Assembly (NCBI GenBank): GCA_965222615.1
Contig: CBDCUI010000008.1
Coordinates: 320,001 to 384,000, forward strand
DNA length: 64,000 bases
DNA from: Gammaproteobacteria bacterium
Lineage (GTDB): Bacteria; Pseudomonadota; Gammaproteobacteria; UBA4575
Direction of reading: 5' to 3'
A program made the translations under genes and the position numbers. Shown here in pieces: positions 55,141 through 64,000 of this stretch (position 1 is the first letter of the stretch; each line of letters begins with the position of its first letter). The notes below the pieces were generated by a model. That model was not told the origin of the DNA, ran no database searches, and saw nothing but the letters and a program-made list of their open reading frames with translations.

Positions 55141-56100
55141 ATGATACAAATTGAATCGTTAAGTAATTGGTATACGCGCAGCCATATTAAATATGCTGCT
55201 AGTAGTGTATGGATTTTAGCAGTTCTTATATTTGTGGTTATGTATCTTTCAAAAAATTACCGTCAAATATCACAATATCAATGGGATTTAAATATATATT
55301 GGCTTTTTTTAGCATTTATACTAGCAATGTTACGAAGGCTTGTAGCCGCATTTAGATGGGCAATAATACTGAACTATAGTGAATCGAAGGCTATGTTACC
55401 AAGTACTATTTCTTGCTTTAAGCCTTTTTTTTATTCGAATCTTGCGAATTACATTCCAGGCAGCATTTGGGCGGTAGCAAGTCGGATTGAGTTAACACGG
55501 AGGCAGGGAATACCAATTAAGCAGAGTGCATTTAGCATGGCATATGAGTTAGGACTTAATTTAGTTCTAGGGTTAGCTGTAGGGATCTATGCTTTATTAA
55601 AATTTACTTCTTTTAATTATTCATCTGTAGCATTAATTAGCATTAGTATTGTGTTACTAACGACGTTGTTGATTTATCCAAAGATATGGAATGTTTTATT
55701 TAACATTTTATCTAATGTGTTTGGCTTAGATATTCCAAAAATAGAGGTTTATCCAACAAAGAACTTCGTTCTGTGGCTAGTATCCATTAGTACTTGGTTA
55801 TTAGGCGGTATTAGCCTATTTTGTCTTGTGAAGGCAGTCTATTTAGTTTTTCCATGGTCCCAATTCATACTGCTTATTTCGGCTTCAGCACTAGGGTGGA
55901 CAGCAGGATTTTTAGCAGTTTGGGCACCTTCCGGCCTTGGTGTACGTGAAGGGGTAACTGTTGGCTTGTTATTGAATGTTATTCCAGAATTAATCTTGGT
56001 TGCAGTTGTAATAGTAGATAGATTACTGATGTTATTAGTCGATTTAATATGGGCTGGTATTTTTATGCTTGGATCGGAATCATTTGATGGTGCACTTTGA
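55141..56100 (+). CDS. Flippase-like membrane protein (lysylphosphatidylglycerol synthase TM/UPF0104 family)
   Basis: About 8 hydrophobic segments; NYIPG, APSGLGVRE, DR motifs. Confidence 0.75.
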   Translation: MIQIESLSNWYTRSHIKYAASSVWILAVLIFVVMYLSKNYRQISQYQWDLNIYWLFLAFILAMLRRLVAAFRWAIILNYSESKAMLPSTISCFKPFFYSNLANYIPGSIWAVASRIELTRRQGIPIKQSAFSMAYELGLNLVLGLAVGIYALLKFTSFNYSSVALISISIVLLTTLLIYPKIWNVLFNILSNVFGLDIPKIEVYPTKNFVLWLVSISTWLLGGISLFCLVKAVYLVFPWSQFILLISASALGWTAGFLAVWAPSGLGVREGVTVGLLLNVIPELILVAVVIVDRLLMLLVDLIWAGIFMLGSESFDGAL

Positions 56101-56116
56101 ATTGGAACTCGCCATG

Positions 56117-57028
56117 TTAATTCTTAGGTGATAAGGCAAAAGCGGCAAATCTCTCTATGGCTGCTAAAGGTAATTTTATGTTGGGTTTTGTTTTGCCTTT
56201 CCATAAAACTCCAAATATATCATTGGATAAAATTAATTTTAAGGGGCTAAGGCTAACAATTTCAAGTACTTTGCCTGCAAGACCTAAAAAAGCTGGATAT
56301 ATAGTATCTCTATTGTCACCGTATTTATCTTTGCCTTGATTCCAACGAGCTTGGGCAGGCATAAATTGTTCTAGCCATAGGCGTTGCTTTAATCCACAGT
56401 TTTCTATTGTTTGATAAAGCATAGGAATATCTTGCTCATTAATGTGAATTTTTTTTTCTGATTCACTACGAGGCTCTTTTGGGAATTTTTTGTTGACAAG
56501 ATTAAGCATTGGGAATGTTATATCGTAAACCCATCGATTAGGTAATGTATGTATTATTGCGTACCCATCAGTTTTTAGAACACGACGAACTTCGAGGAGC
56601 ATAGATTCTAATTGATTGGGTAGTAAGTGCTCAATAATGTCTAGCATTGTGATTCTGTCAAAGCTATTATCAGCAAAAGGTAAACTGCATGCATCGCTAC
56701 GTATTAATTCGATGTTAAATGAAACGCTACTTTTTTTACTTCTGACATGAGTAAGTTTTTTTGCAAAATCAAGGGCTGCAAAAGAATAATCAAGACCAAT
56801 TGCATCTGCACCTCTTTCAGCAGCAAGCAGTGGCATTTCACCTCTGCCACATGCAATATCTAATAGCTTTAGTTTAGGACTTACATTGGCAAGCTCAAGT
56901 GCACGAACAAGACGTGGTCGGGCTACTAGTGTATCCTGTTCAAGTAATTCTTTGTTTGCCTTACTCCCCCATGCTGAAGCCAACCATGCTTTATCATAAA
57001 CATCAGATTTTACTGGTTTTTGATTCAT
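56117..57028 (-). CDS. Class I SAM-dependent methyltransferase
   Basis: LLDIACGRG, LDYS, LPFADNSFD, IEHL. Confidence 0.9.
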   Translation of the reverse strand: MNQKPVKSDVYDKAWLASAWGSKANKELLEQDTLVARPRLVRALELANVSPKLKLLDIACGRGEMPLLAAERGADAIGLDYSFAALDFAKKLTHVRSKKSSVSFNIELIRSDACSLPFADNSFDRITMLDIIEHLLPNQLESMLLEVRRVLKTDGYAIIHTLPNRWVYDITFPMLNLVNKKFPKEPRSESEKKIHINEQDIPMLYQTIENCGLKQRLWLEQFMPAQARWNQGKDKYGDNRDTIYPAFLGLAGKVLEIVSLSPLKLILSNDIFGVLWKGKTKPNIKLPLAAIERFAAFALSPKN

Positions 57029-57082
57029 ATAAAAAATATTATTTTTTAGTGAAGAGCAGTATTAAAAAACAGTAGGATATAG

Positions 57083-59266
57083 TTAATTGATATCTGTTTC
57101 TATAACATTAATTGCTTGAAGTTTATTATTCACTAGTATTGTTGCATGGCTTGATTCTAGATAACCATTACTGTCTATTAATGTTGGGTCATTTTTCTGT
57201 ACAGCTTCTAAAAATGCCTTTGTTTGTGCACTATGTCCAAAATCGGATGACACCCAATTGCTATATCGTTTAACTCTTTCCCCGTTAGCTAAGGTTAGTT
57301 TTTTGAAGTCTGTTAATGAAGCAGATTTATTATCACAGTGCACTTCCACTCTTTCACGGGAATAAGATGTGCTGCCATTTGATAAATAATTGATTGTTGC
57401 AATTGAACCGTCAGAAAATTTGAGTGTAATATGTACATTGTCTTCATTAATTAAGCCAGTATCATTCCCATTTAGTGCGGATATATCTATATCAATGATT
57501 GTTGCATTGACAAACCAATAACAGAAATCTATGAAATGGCAGGCCTCGCCGAGAATTACTCCTCCTCCTTGTTGAGGGTCATGTAACCAGTGATTTTCAG
57601 GCCTGAAACCTACATTTGAACGATAATGGATAGACAGTGGTTGTGCACGACTACCAAAAAAGCTTCGCATCTTGATGGCCATCGGGGCGTATCGACGATT
57701 GAATCCAACTAATAAAATTCGTCCAGAGCGTTGTTGGGCATCGTTAACTGATTTTAATTCACTCTCAGAGAGCGCAAGAGGCTTTTCTATAAATACATGC
57801 TTACCAGCATCTAACGCTGAAACAGTTAATTCTGCATGGGTGTCATGACGTGTGAGAATATAAACACAGTCTGAGTCTTTATCTGTAAGAATTGAATCAG
57901 GTTCTGATGTACAGAAATTAAACTTATATTTTTTACCTAGAGCCTTAGCTCTTACACCGGTAGCTGAGTTGATCCCTCTAAGCTCTACATTTTTAATACG
58001 ACTTAACAGAGGGATAAGTTCGTTTGTTGCATGGCTACCAGAGCCTATAATGCTAACTCCTACTTTAGCTTTGCTATTTTTAGATACAGCAGGTAATACA
58101 TCTTGCAAAGGAATCACATGTTCTTCATTAAATTCTTCTACATGGGGGTAACGCAAAACTATTGCAATTGAATGTTCACCATTATCGTCTGCAATAACAT
58201 CAAATGCTTTCTTAGCCTCATCTACGTCAAATTCATGTGTCACTAACGGGTTAAGATCAATTTTTTGTTGTGAGACTAAATTTAGAAATGCAATCATGTT
58301 TCGATTTTCAGTCCAGCGAACGTAACCAATAGGGTAATCGATACCATTTTCTTCATAGTTTGGGTCACCGGTACCAGGTCCATACGCATACGAGGTACAA
58401 AATTCTAGTTCTTTAAATAAATAAGTTTCTCTTGGCACCTTCATTTCGGTCCTGCCGACCGCTACGATACGAGCTTTGTGGCGAGCAATCTGCCCTGCAA
58501 GCATAGCAGGCCCATTATCTGCAGTTGTTGCCGTAATGATTGCAGAGTCAGCACCTTGTCCGTCAGAAAAAGCCATAACTTGTTCAACTAAATTATCAAC
58601 ATTTGAATTCGCCGTTTTGCAGTATCCACGATTTTGAATAAAAGAAAGCTGTTGTTCATCTACGTCTATTCCAAATACATTGCACCCGGCTGCACGTAAT
58701 ATTTGTACAGTTAATATGCCAACTAGTCCTAAACCAATTACAACAACATTTTCGCCAAGTTTTACATTTGCAATGCGTACACCTTGCATAGCAATAGCAC
58801 CGACTGTCGTAAATGCTGCATAGCGCAAATCCACATTATCTGGTACAGGCGCACAAAGATTACGCGGTACAGATACGATCTCCGCATGATTAGCTAGACC
58901 AGCGCCAGCACATGCAACAGTGTCCCCGATTTTTAAACCCTTAACTCCGGTCCCGACTTTAATTACTTTACCTGCACTTGAATATCCAAGCACTATGGGC
59001 ATATCTAGACTCCTATCTGCCGCGTGATATGCAGTTAATAGTCCTTGCGTGCGTATAACCTTCATAACTTTCTGTACTTGTTCAGGTCGAGCTCTTGCTT
59101 TACCTATAAGACTCATTTTACCTAGTTTAACTGTCCCACCTTCTGTCCCTGTGCTTATCAAGGAAAAATGATTACGAACTAGGATATGCCCGTGCTTTAA
59201 TGTTGGTATAGGGACTTCATCAACTGAAATATCGCCGTTTCTAAGATTTTCTAATATTTGTTTCAT
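57083..59266 (-). CDS. Bi-domain oxidoreductase (MDR/ADH-like + Gfo/Idh/MocA), typical of polysaccharide loci
   Basis: SLISTGTE, LGYS, GLGLVG, YVRWTE; second domain HVFIEKPL, GFNRRY, GEACHFID. Confidence 0.9.
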   Translation of the reverse strand: MKQILENLRNGDISVDEVPIPTLKHGHILVRNHFSLISTGTEGGTVKLGKMSLIGKARARPEQVQKVMKVIRTQGLLTAYHAADRSLDMPIVLGYSSAGKVIKVGTGVKGLKIGDTVACAGAGLANHAEIVSVPRNLCAPVPDNVDLRYAAFTTVGAIAMQGVRIANVKLGENVVVIGLGLVGILTVQILRAAGCNVFGIDVDEQQLSFIQNRGYCKTANSNVDNLVEQVMAFSDGQGADSAIITATTADNGPAMLAGQIARHKARIVAVGRTEMKVPRETYLFKELEFCTSYAYGPGTGDPNYEENGIDYPIGYVRWTENRNMIAFLNLVSQQKIDLNPLVTHEFDVDEAKKAFDVIADDNGEHSIAIVLRYPHVEEFNEEHVIPLQDVLPAVSKNSKAKVGVSIIGSGSHATNELIPLLSRIKNVELRGINSATGVRAKALGKKYKFNFCTSEPDSILTDKDSDCVYILTRHDTHAELTVSALDAGKHVFIEKPLALSESELKSVNDAQQRSGRILLVGFNRRYAPMAIKMRSFFGSRAQPLSIHYRSNVGFRPENHWLHDPQQGGGVILGEACHFIDFCYWFVNATIIDIDISALNGNDTGLINEDNVHITLKFSDGSIATINYLSNGSTSYSRERVEVHCDNKSASLTDFKKLTLANGERVKRYSNWVSSDFGHSAQTKAFLEAVQKNDPTLIDSNGYLESSHATILVNNKLQAINVIETDIN

Positions 59267-59284
59267 AACATGTAAAGTTTTAAC

Positions 59285-60238
59285 TTATGATAATTTTGGC
59301 CTGGCAATAATAATAAAGCCTTTAGTTAATAGTTCGTGCTCATCATAGTCAGAAAGTTCGACCCGAATATCGGGTGTGAGTAATTTTTCGCCTTCTTTTC
59401 CTATTGGTAACCACTCAATAATCTCCATATGTTTTTCAAATTCTTTGCGATATTCATTTTCTCTTAACTCATTTAACCAAGAAGGTATATCTGGAAAGTG
59501 TTTGTCACGCAAATGGTCCCAAGGCGGTACAGTATCTGATGGCTCTGTATCTGGATATTTCCACGCAATATGATGCCCCCCTGAGAGACTTGTAAAATTG
59601 TGTACATATATATATGTAATGCCATCAGGTTTAAGTATGCGTTTTAATGTAAGTACTGTACCTGGAATATCTGCAATATGTTCAAAAACTTCGTGCGACA
59701 CAACTAAGTCAAATGTGTTTTCTGGGAAATCTGTATTTACAATACTCATTCTCCTCACATCTACATTATTAAATTTAAGTGGAAAGGGTGATAGTGAAGC
59801 AAGTTGGTTATAATATGGTTTAGAATAAAACTTATCCCAAACATATGTGCGTAGCATTCTTTCGATACCATTTTCACGAAAAATACTAAAGTACTTCGAT
59901 AGTTGGTTATTCGAGGATGTGAATTCAATGTCTATACCAGTTACATTCATTCCGTAATTATGCATTAATAAGGTTAACCAATACGCTTTTCCGCAACCAA
60001 CCTCTAGTGCTCTTAGTTTTTTTTCATGTATACCAAGCGCATTTAATTTGTTCACCATATTTTCGAAAAATTCATAATGTTCTACAGCAAAGTCAAGATT
60101 GTGCGCATTTCCATAACGAATCATTGATAAAAACAAACCTAGGCGTTTGAACAAACCTATTGGCACATCAAACATACTGTGAGTAGACTTATTATTTATT
60201 CGCAAATTATGAGACTGACTATTTTCAGACGGTTGCAT
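59285..60238 (-). CDS. Class I SAM-dependent methyltransferase
   Basis: LEVGCG, FDLVVS.EVFEH, LKPDG, PWDHL. Confidence 0.88.
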   Translation of the reverse strand: MQPSENSQSHNLRINNKSTHSMFDVPIGLFKRLGLFLSMIRYGNAHNLDFAVEHYEFFENMVNKLNALGIHEKKLRALEVGCGKAYWLTLLMHNYGMNVTGIDIEFTSSNNQLSKYFSIFRENGIERMLRTYVWDKFYSKPYYNQLASLSPFPLKFNNVDVRRMSIVNTDFPENTFDLVVSHEVFEHIADIPGTVLTLKRILKPDGITYIYVHNFTSLSGGHHIAWKYPDTEPSDTVPPWDHLRDKHFPDIPSWLNELRENEYRKEFEKHMEIIEWLPIGKEGEKLLTPDIRVELSDYDEHELLTKGFIIIARPKLS

Positions 60239-60274
60239 ATTTAGGAGTCATATGGAAGTTAAGAAAAAAATTCA

Positions 60275-61057
60275 TTATTTGTTTGCAGTGATCATAATAT
60301 GCCAACCCCAATGTTTAGATAGAAAGTTATATATTAGTTTTGGTGTTATTGAAAACAACTTTCCATATCCTTCACCATATACATATTCCAGTTTCAAGTT
60401 AACTTTGGAAAATTGTTTAAACATTATTTTTACTTCTCTAATAGTAAATCGTCTCACGACAGGACATAATTCGTCTTTATCCTCAAATGGTACACGAGTT
60501 ATGCGATGAACAATTTCATTAATAGAACGACGGTGATATAGCATTATTCTCCCCTCCCCTCCAGGGCGCAAAACTCGATATACTTCAGTAATTGTTTTTT
60601 CTGTATTGGCAGCATGATGTAACACACCAAAAGAATACACATAATCAAAAGAATTGTCTTTTATAGGTAACAAGCCCGCATCTCCAACTAAAAAAGAACC
60701 ATCAAAGTTACATTTTTGGAATCTATTTTTTGCAGTAGAAACACCTATTTCAGTAAGATCTAAAGCTGTGACTTTTAGACCATTTTTCGCCATTGAAAAA
60801 GTATCCATACCAATACCACATCCTAGTTCTAAGACGGTTTTATCCTTTTGCATGGAATTTATCCAAGGTATTAAATGACGGTGTGAGCGGTACCTTTGTG
60901 CTTCAAGTTCAGAAAAGTATTTATTTTCACCTCTTGAAGATTGAGTAACAGGGTTACCCATAATACGTTCAGCATTTACATTGCGAGACCAAAAATCTTG
61001 TATATCACGTGTTAAAGATTCGCGGTTTTCTATATCAGAAGGTTCAATATTTTGCAT
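60275..61057 (-). CDS. Class I SAM-dependent methyltransferase
   Basis: VLELGCGIG.D, FDYVYSFGVLHH, VLRPGG. Confidence 0.9.
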   Translation of the reverse strand: MQNIEPSDIENRESLTRDIQDFWSRNVNAERIMGNPVTQSSRGENKYFSELEAQRYRSHRHLIPWINSMQKDKTVLELGCGIGMDTFSMAKNGLKVTALDLTEIGVSTAKNRFQKCNFDGSFLVGDAGLLPIKDNSFDYVYSFGVLHHAANTEKTITEVYRVLRPGGEGRIMLYHRRSINEIVHRITRVPFEDKDELCPVVRRFTIREVKIMFKQFSKVNLKLEYVYGEGYGKLFSITPKLIYNFLSKHWGWHIMITANK

Positions 61058-61060
61058 GGT

Positions 61061-62245
61061 TTAAATTCTGGTAAGTTCAAAATCGAGCTTCGCTAAAGCA
61101 AGTGCCATCCAGGCATTGCACCAGCGAAGTAATGTAAAACGTTTTATGTAAATCGAAGTTTTTTGATAATAAAATCTTCCACAATCGTTATACATATTAT
61201 TAATTGCCCAGGAAGCGATTCTCTCGCTAAGACCTGGGTAAGAATCTAGATGTCTACTGAAGGTGATTACTCCCTGTGCGGCGCCGTGTATATCATGTGG
61301 GTAATCTTTATCACTCATCCACTTTGGTGCGCCATCCTCATTGAACAATGATGTTGCATAAAACTCTAGTCCAAGATGATATGCATTAATATATGTATTA
61401 TCGTTAGTTGTTTGAGTATATCTCCATAATGCATCTAGGATGAATCCCGTATGGTAATTGTCATGCTTAATAGGAGAATCTTGAGGTGGATCAGTGTAAA
61501 ACCATGCACCGTAATCAGTTTGTTGATTTACTACATAATTTACTAAACGTTTTGAAATATTCATATATTTCATGTCATCAGAGAGGACACAATACTGACT
61601 TATTACCGAACCTATTAAAATGCTAACATCCATGACTCGCATTTTCATAGCTATCGGCATATAAGATAGGCATAGTTCCGTAGAAGTATTTTTTAATTCA
61701 ACTAAATCATTTAGTAGAAATTGAATTGCGTCATTGACGGTGTCTAAATACTCACGATTTTTTGTTTCGCGATAAGCGTCAAGAAATGCTTCGCATGCGA
61801 AGCAAGTAACTATTGCATTAGGTGTGTTAGTTTTTGCATAGAATCCAAGGTCTTGCCATGGATAGTAGTAGCCCCAACAAATTCCACTCCAATTTCCTGG
61901 TGAGCGTAATTTAATTAGTAAATCAAGTAAATTTTGAGCTTCTACAAGATATATATCACGTTTGTGAAATTGATAACGGTATAGTAAGCCTCTAATAAAT
62001 AGTGATAAGCCTTTTGGATTATAAGTCTGTGGGACCAAAAGAAATGGTCTTACATTGATTGGAAATCTCATTATGCCTTGGATGGCAAATATTCTACTCC
62101 ATTTACTCCACCCCAATAATATTTTTAAAAGAGGGCTGTTCAATGCGTCATGTTTATTGTGCCCACGATATTTTTGATCGCTACTCCACTTATAAACCTG
62201 ATCGAGGATAAGATTTAATTTTTTAGAAGATAAAGCTTCGTTCAC
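61061..62245 (-). CDS. Conserved alpha/alpha-barrel-like protein of glycan loci, function unknown
   Basis: YRG...DALNSP, NPKGLSLF, WGYYYPW, PN, G.W.Y, DNYHTGF, LRWCNAW; family recognised by recall. Confidence 0.55.
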   Translation of the reverse strand: MNEALSSKKLNLILDQVYKWSSDQKYRGHNKHDALNSPLLKILLGWSKWSRIFAIQGIMRFPINVRPFLLVPQTYNPKGLSLFIRGLLYRYQFHKRDIYLVEAQNLLDLLIKLRSPGNWSGICWGYYYPWQDLGFYAKTNTPNAIVTCFACEAFLDAYRETKNREYLDTVNDAIQFLLNDLVELKNTSTELCLSYMPIAMKMRVMDVSILIGSVISQYCVLSDDMKYMNISKRLVNYVVNQQTDYGAWFYTDPPQDSPIKHDNYHTGFILDALWRYTQTTNDNTYINAYHLGLEFYATSLFNEDGAPKWMSDKDYPHDIHGAAQGVITFSRHLDSYPGLSERIASWAINNMYNDCGRFYYQKTSIYIKRFTLLRWCNAWMALALAKLDFELTRI

Positions 62246-64000
62246 TTGTCATCCTCAAACTCAGCCATCCAAATGTGTGTTAAAAGCATTAAATAAATCA
62301 TAAAGTAGTGCCATCTACACCATTTTTTTGGTTGTTGACTTAGAACATTTTGAATGAATATCGGGTTAAATAATCCATAGTGTGCAATGGAATCAGGAGA
62401 TAACCATCTATCAATCAATGGCATTAATGAGTTATTCACAAACGAAGGAGCATCAACTTGAAACCCACTTTTTGGCCTATTAAGAATTTGCGCGGGTAGT
62501 ACATCACCTAGCATTTGCTTCATGTAGCCTTTTAACTTACCTTTTGGCATTAACACGTTTCGTTTCATTGAGTTAACTTTGTTTGAAAATTTAATATCTA
62601 AATATGGAACTCGTACTTCCAAACCTTCTGCCATACTTAGCCGATCTTCTTGCCAGAGAAAATCATTAACCATCTTATTTTCCCATTCGAACATAGCCAT
62701 CGATTTAACTGGGTCATTATTATTGGGCCATAAATTTTCTAATATTGTAAATGCATCAGGTAAATCTGAGTCAAGCATGCGCGGCCCGTATAAGAAATTA
62801 CGCATGCTTGTAGAATCCCAAATATTGCGAAGTAACCCATATACTCTAAACCAGTTGTTTGAGGCAGCAAGCATTTGTAATGCTCGTTGTGGTTCGGTCC
62901 ATTGAATTGGGGCTATCTTTTCAGCAAATAAGTTTCCTATGTTCGCAACTTTGTGAGCTATTTGGGATGGTAAGTAACGACTAATTTGATGCGATCGGTT
63001 GAATATCCGATGGGCGTTATATCCGTAAAACAGTTCATCAGCACCTAGACCTGAAAGTGCAACTTTTACATGTTGTGATGTATGCTGTGCAAGCCTACTT
63101 ACCTGGTAAGCATTGATTTTTGGTACTTCAAGATGTCTGACTAAACGAGATAAATCAGATATTTCTGAAGGTATCATCTCACAGATGTTTTCAATATTAA
63201 GTAGCCTCGCAGTTGCAGCAGCATTCTCGGCTTCATTAGGATCATCACCAGCATTCAATGTAAAACTTCTTAGATTCTGGCCTGAACGTTTTGCTAGTGC
63301 GCAGATAGCTGCTGAATCGATTCCACCAGACAAGTAGCAACCAACTTCAACATCAGCAATGCAGTGTAAATCAACTGCTTCAATAAGTGTTTCTAGTAAG
63401 TTATTTTTTGTGTCGGAAAAATCTGGTTTTAATTTGTGCAACTCTTGTTTGCCATTAGTATGCCAAATAAAAACATTACCAGGTGCAATTTGTTTTATGT
63501 TTTGAAACATAGTTATATCACCAGGGAGATAACGAAAATTAAGTAGTAAATGCAATGCAGCAGGATCGATTTTAGTAGAATAATTTTTATGCGCGAGAAT
63601 TGCTTTTGCTTCAGAACCAAACACTAAATTCTTGTTTGGTAATGTGCTCACAAAAAGAGGTTTAATTCCTATTGGATCACGAACAAGTAAACCCATTTTA
63701 TGCCTCGCATCCCAAAGCACAAAGGCATACATACCGCGTAAACGGTTGAAGCCTCTCCATCCATATTGTTGATAAAGCTGCAGGATTACTTCTGTATCTG
63801 ATTCAGTGTGAAATGTACTGCCTTTCGAGATTAATTCTTTTTTAAGTGTTTGGTAGTTGTATATTTCTCCATTAAAAGTAATAACCATCTGTCCATCATC
63901 AGTTTGCATAGGTTGTTTCCCGCCATTGATATCAATTATAGACAGGCGTGTATGAGCTAATCCGACATGATTCGATATATAGGTATCATTGCCATCTGGT
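62242..64000 (-). CDS. asnB: Asparagine-synthase-like glutamine amidotransferase (5' end outside window)
   Basis: The frame extends upstream through PDG..LAHTRLSIID; FNGEIYN, LSGGIDS, LSGLGADE, DRLSMA..LEVRVP. Confidence 0.92.
   Translation of the reverse strand, partial: PDGNDTYISNHVGLAHTRLSIIDINGGKQPMQTDDGQMVITFNGEIYNYQTLKKELISKGSTFHTESDTEVILQLYQQYGWRGFNRLRGMYAFVLWDARHKMGLLVRDPIGIKPLFVSTLPNKNLVFGSEAKAILAHKNYSTKIDPAALHLLLNFRYLPGDITMFQNIKQIAPGNVFIWHTNGKQELHKLKPDFSDTKNNLLETLIEAVDLHCIADVEVGCYLSGGIDSAAICALAKRSGQNLRSFTLNAGDDPNEAENAAATARLLNIENICEMIPSEISDLSRLVRHLEVPKINAYQVSRLAQHTSQHVKVALSGLGADELFYGYNAHRIFNRSHQISRYLPSQIAHKVANIGNLFAEKIAPIQWTEPQRALQMLAASNNWFRVYGLLRNIWDSTSMRNFLYGPRMLDSDLPDAFTILENLWPNNNDPVKSMAMFEWENKMVNDFLWQEDRLSMAEGLEVRVPYLDIKFSNKVNSMKRNVLMPKGKLKGYMKQMLGDVLPAQILNRPKSGFQVDAPSFVNNSLMPLIDRWLSPDSIAHYGLFNPIFIQNVLSQQPKKWCRWHYFMIYLMLLTHIWMAEFEDDK

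Overview
Core-genome window from an AT-rich Gammaproteobacterium. Gene order: yrbG (truncated) / mlaFEDCB-murA-hisG-aroG-hisD-hisC / degS / Nif3 / petABC-sspAB-macrodomain / FAD oxidase-gmhA-yraN-lpoA / rsmI-rnpB / full dcw cluster mraZ to lpxC (murB inside it, murG frameshifted) / dciA / M23 peptidase-secA-argJ-mutT / a single-ORF coaE-zapD fusion with pilDCB / start of a surface-glycan tailoring island (54.2 kb to end). The most unusual signals are non-coding. (1) Five copies of a 140-220 bp palindromic ERIC/RPE-like element keep their fold through compensatory changes while their terminal arms differ; four begin exactly at a gene's stop codon. (2) One copy carries a nested 70-bp multi-hairpin insert with no target duplication, and the empty site is visible in sister copies. 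(3) A REP-like cluster lies between secA and argJ. (4) A perfect FNR/Anr box lies upstream of pilB. Coding oddities: the CoaE-ZapD fusion, a PIWY Qo motif and extra helices in cytochrome b, a CACH Rieske box, and a 1-nt murG deletion that is probably an assembly error. All assignments come from reading motifs and synteny by eye; no database searches were run.
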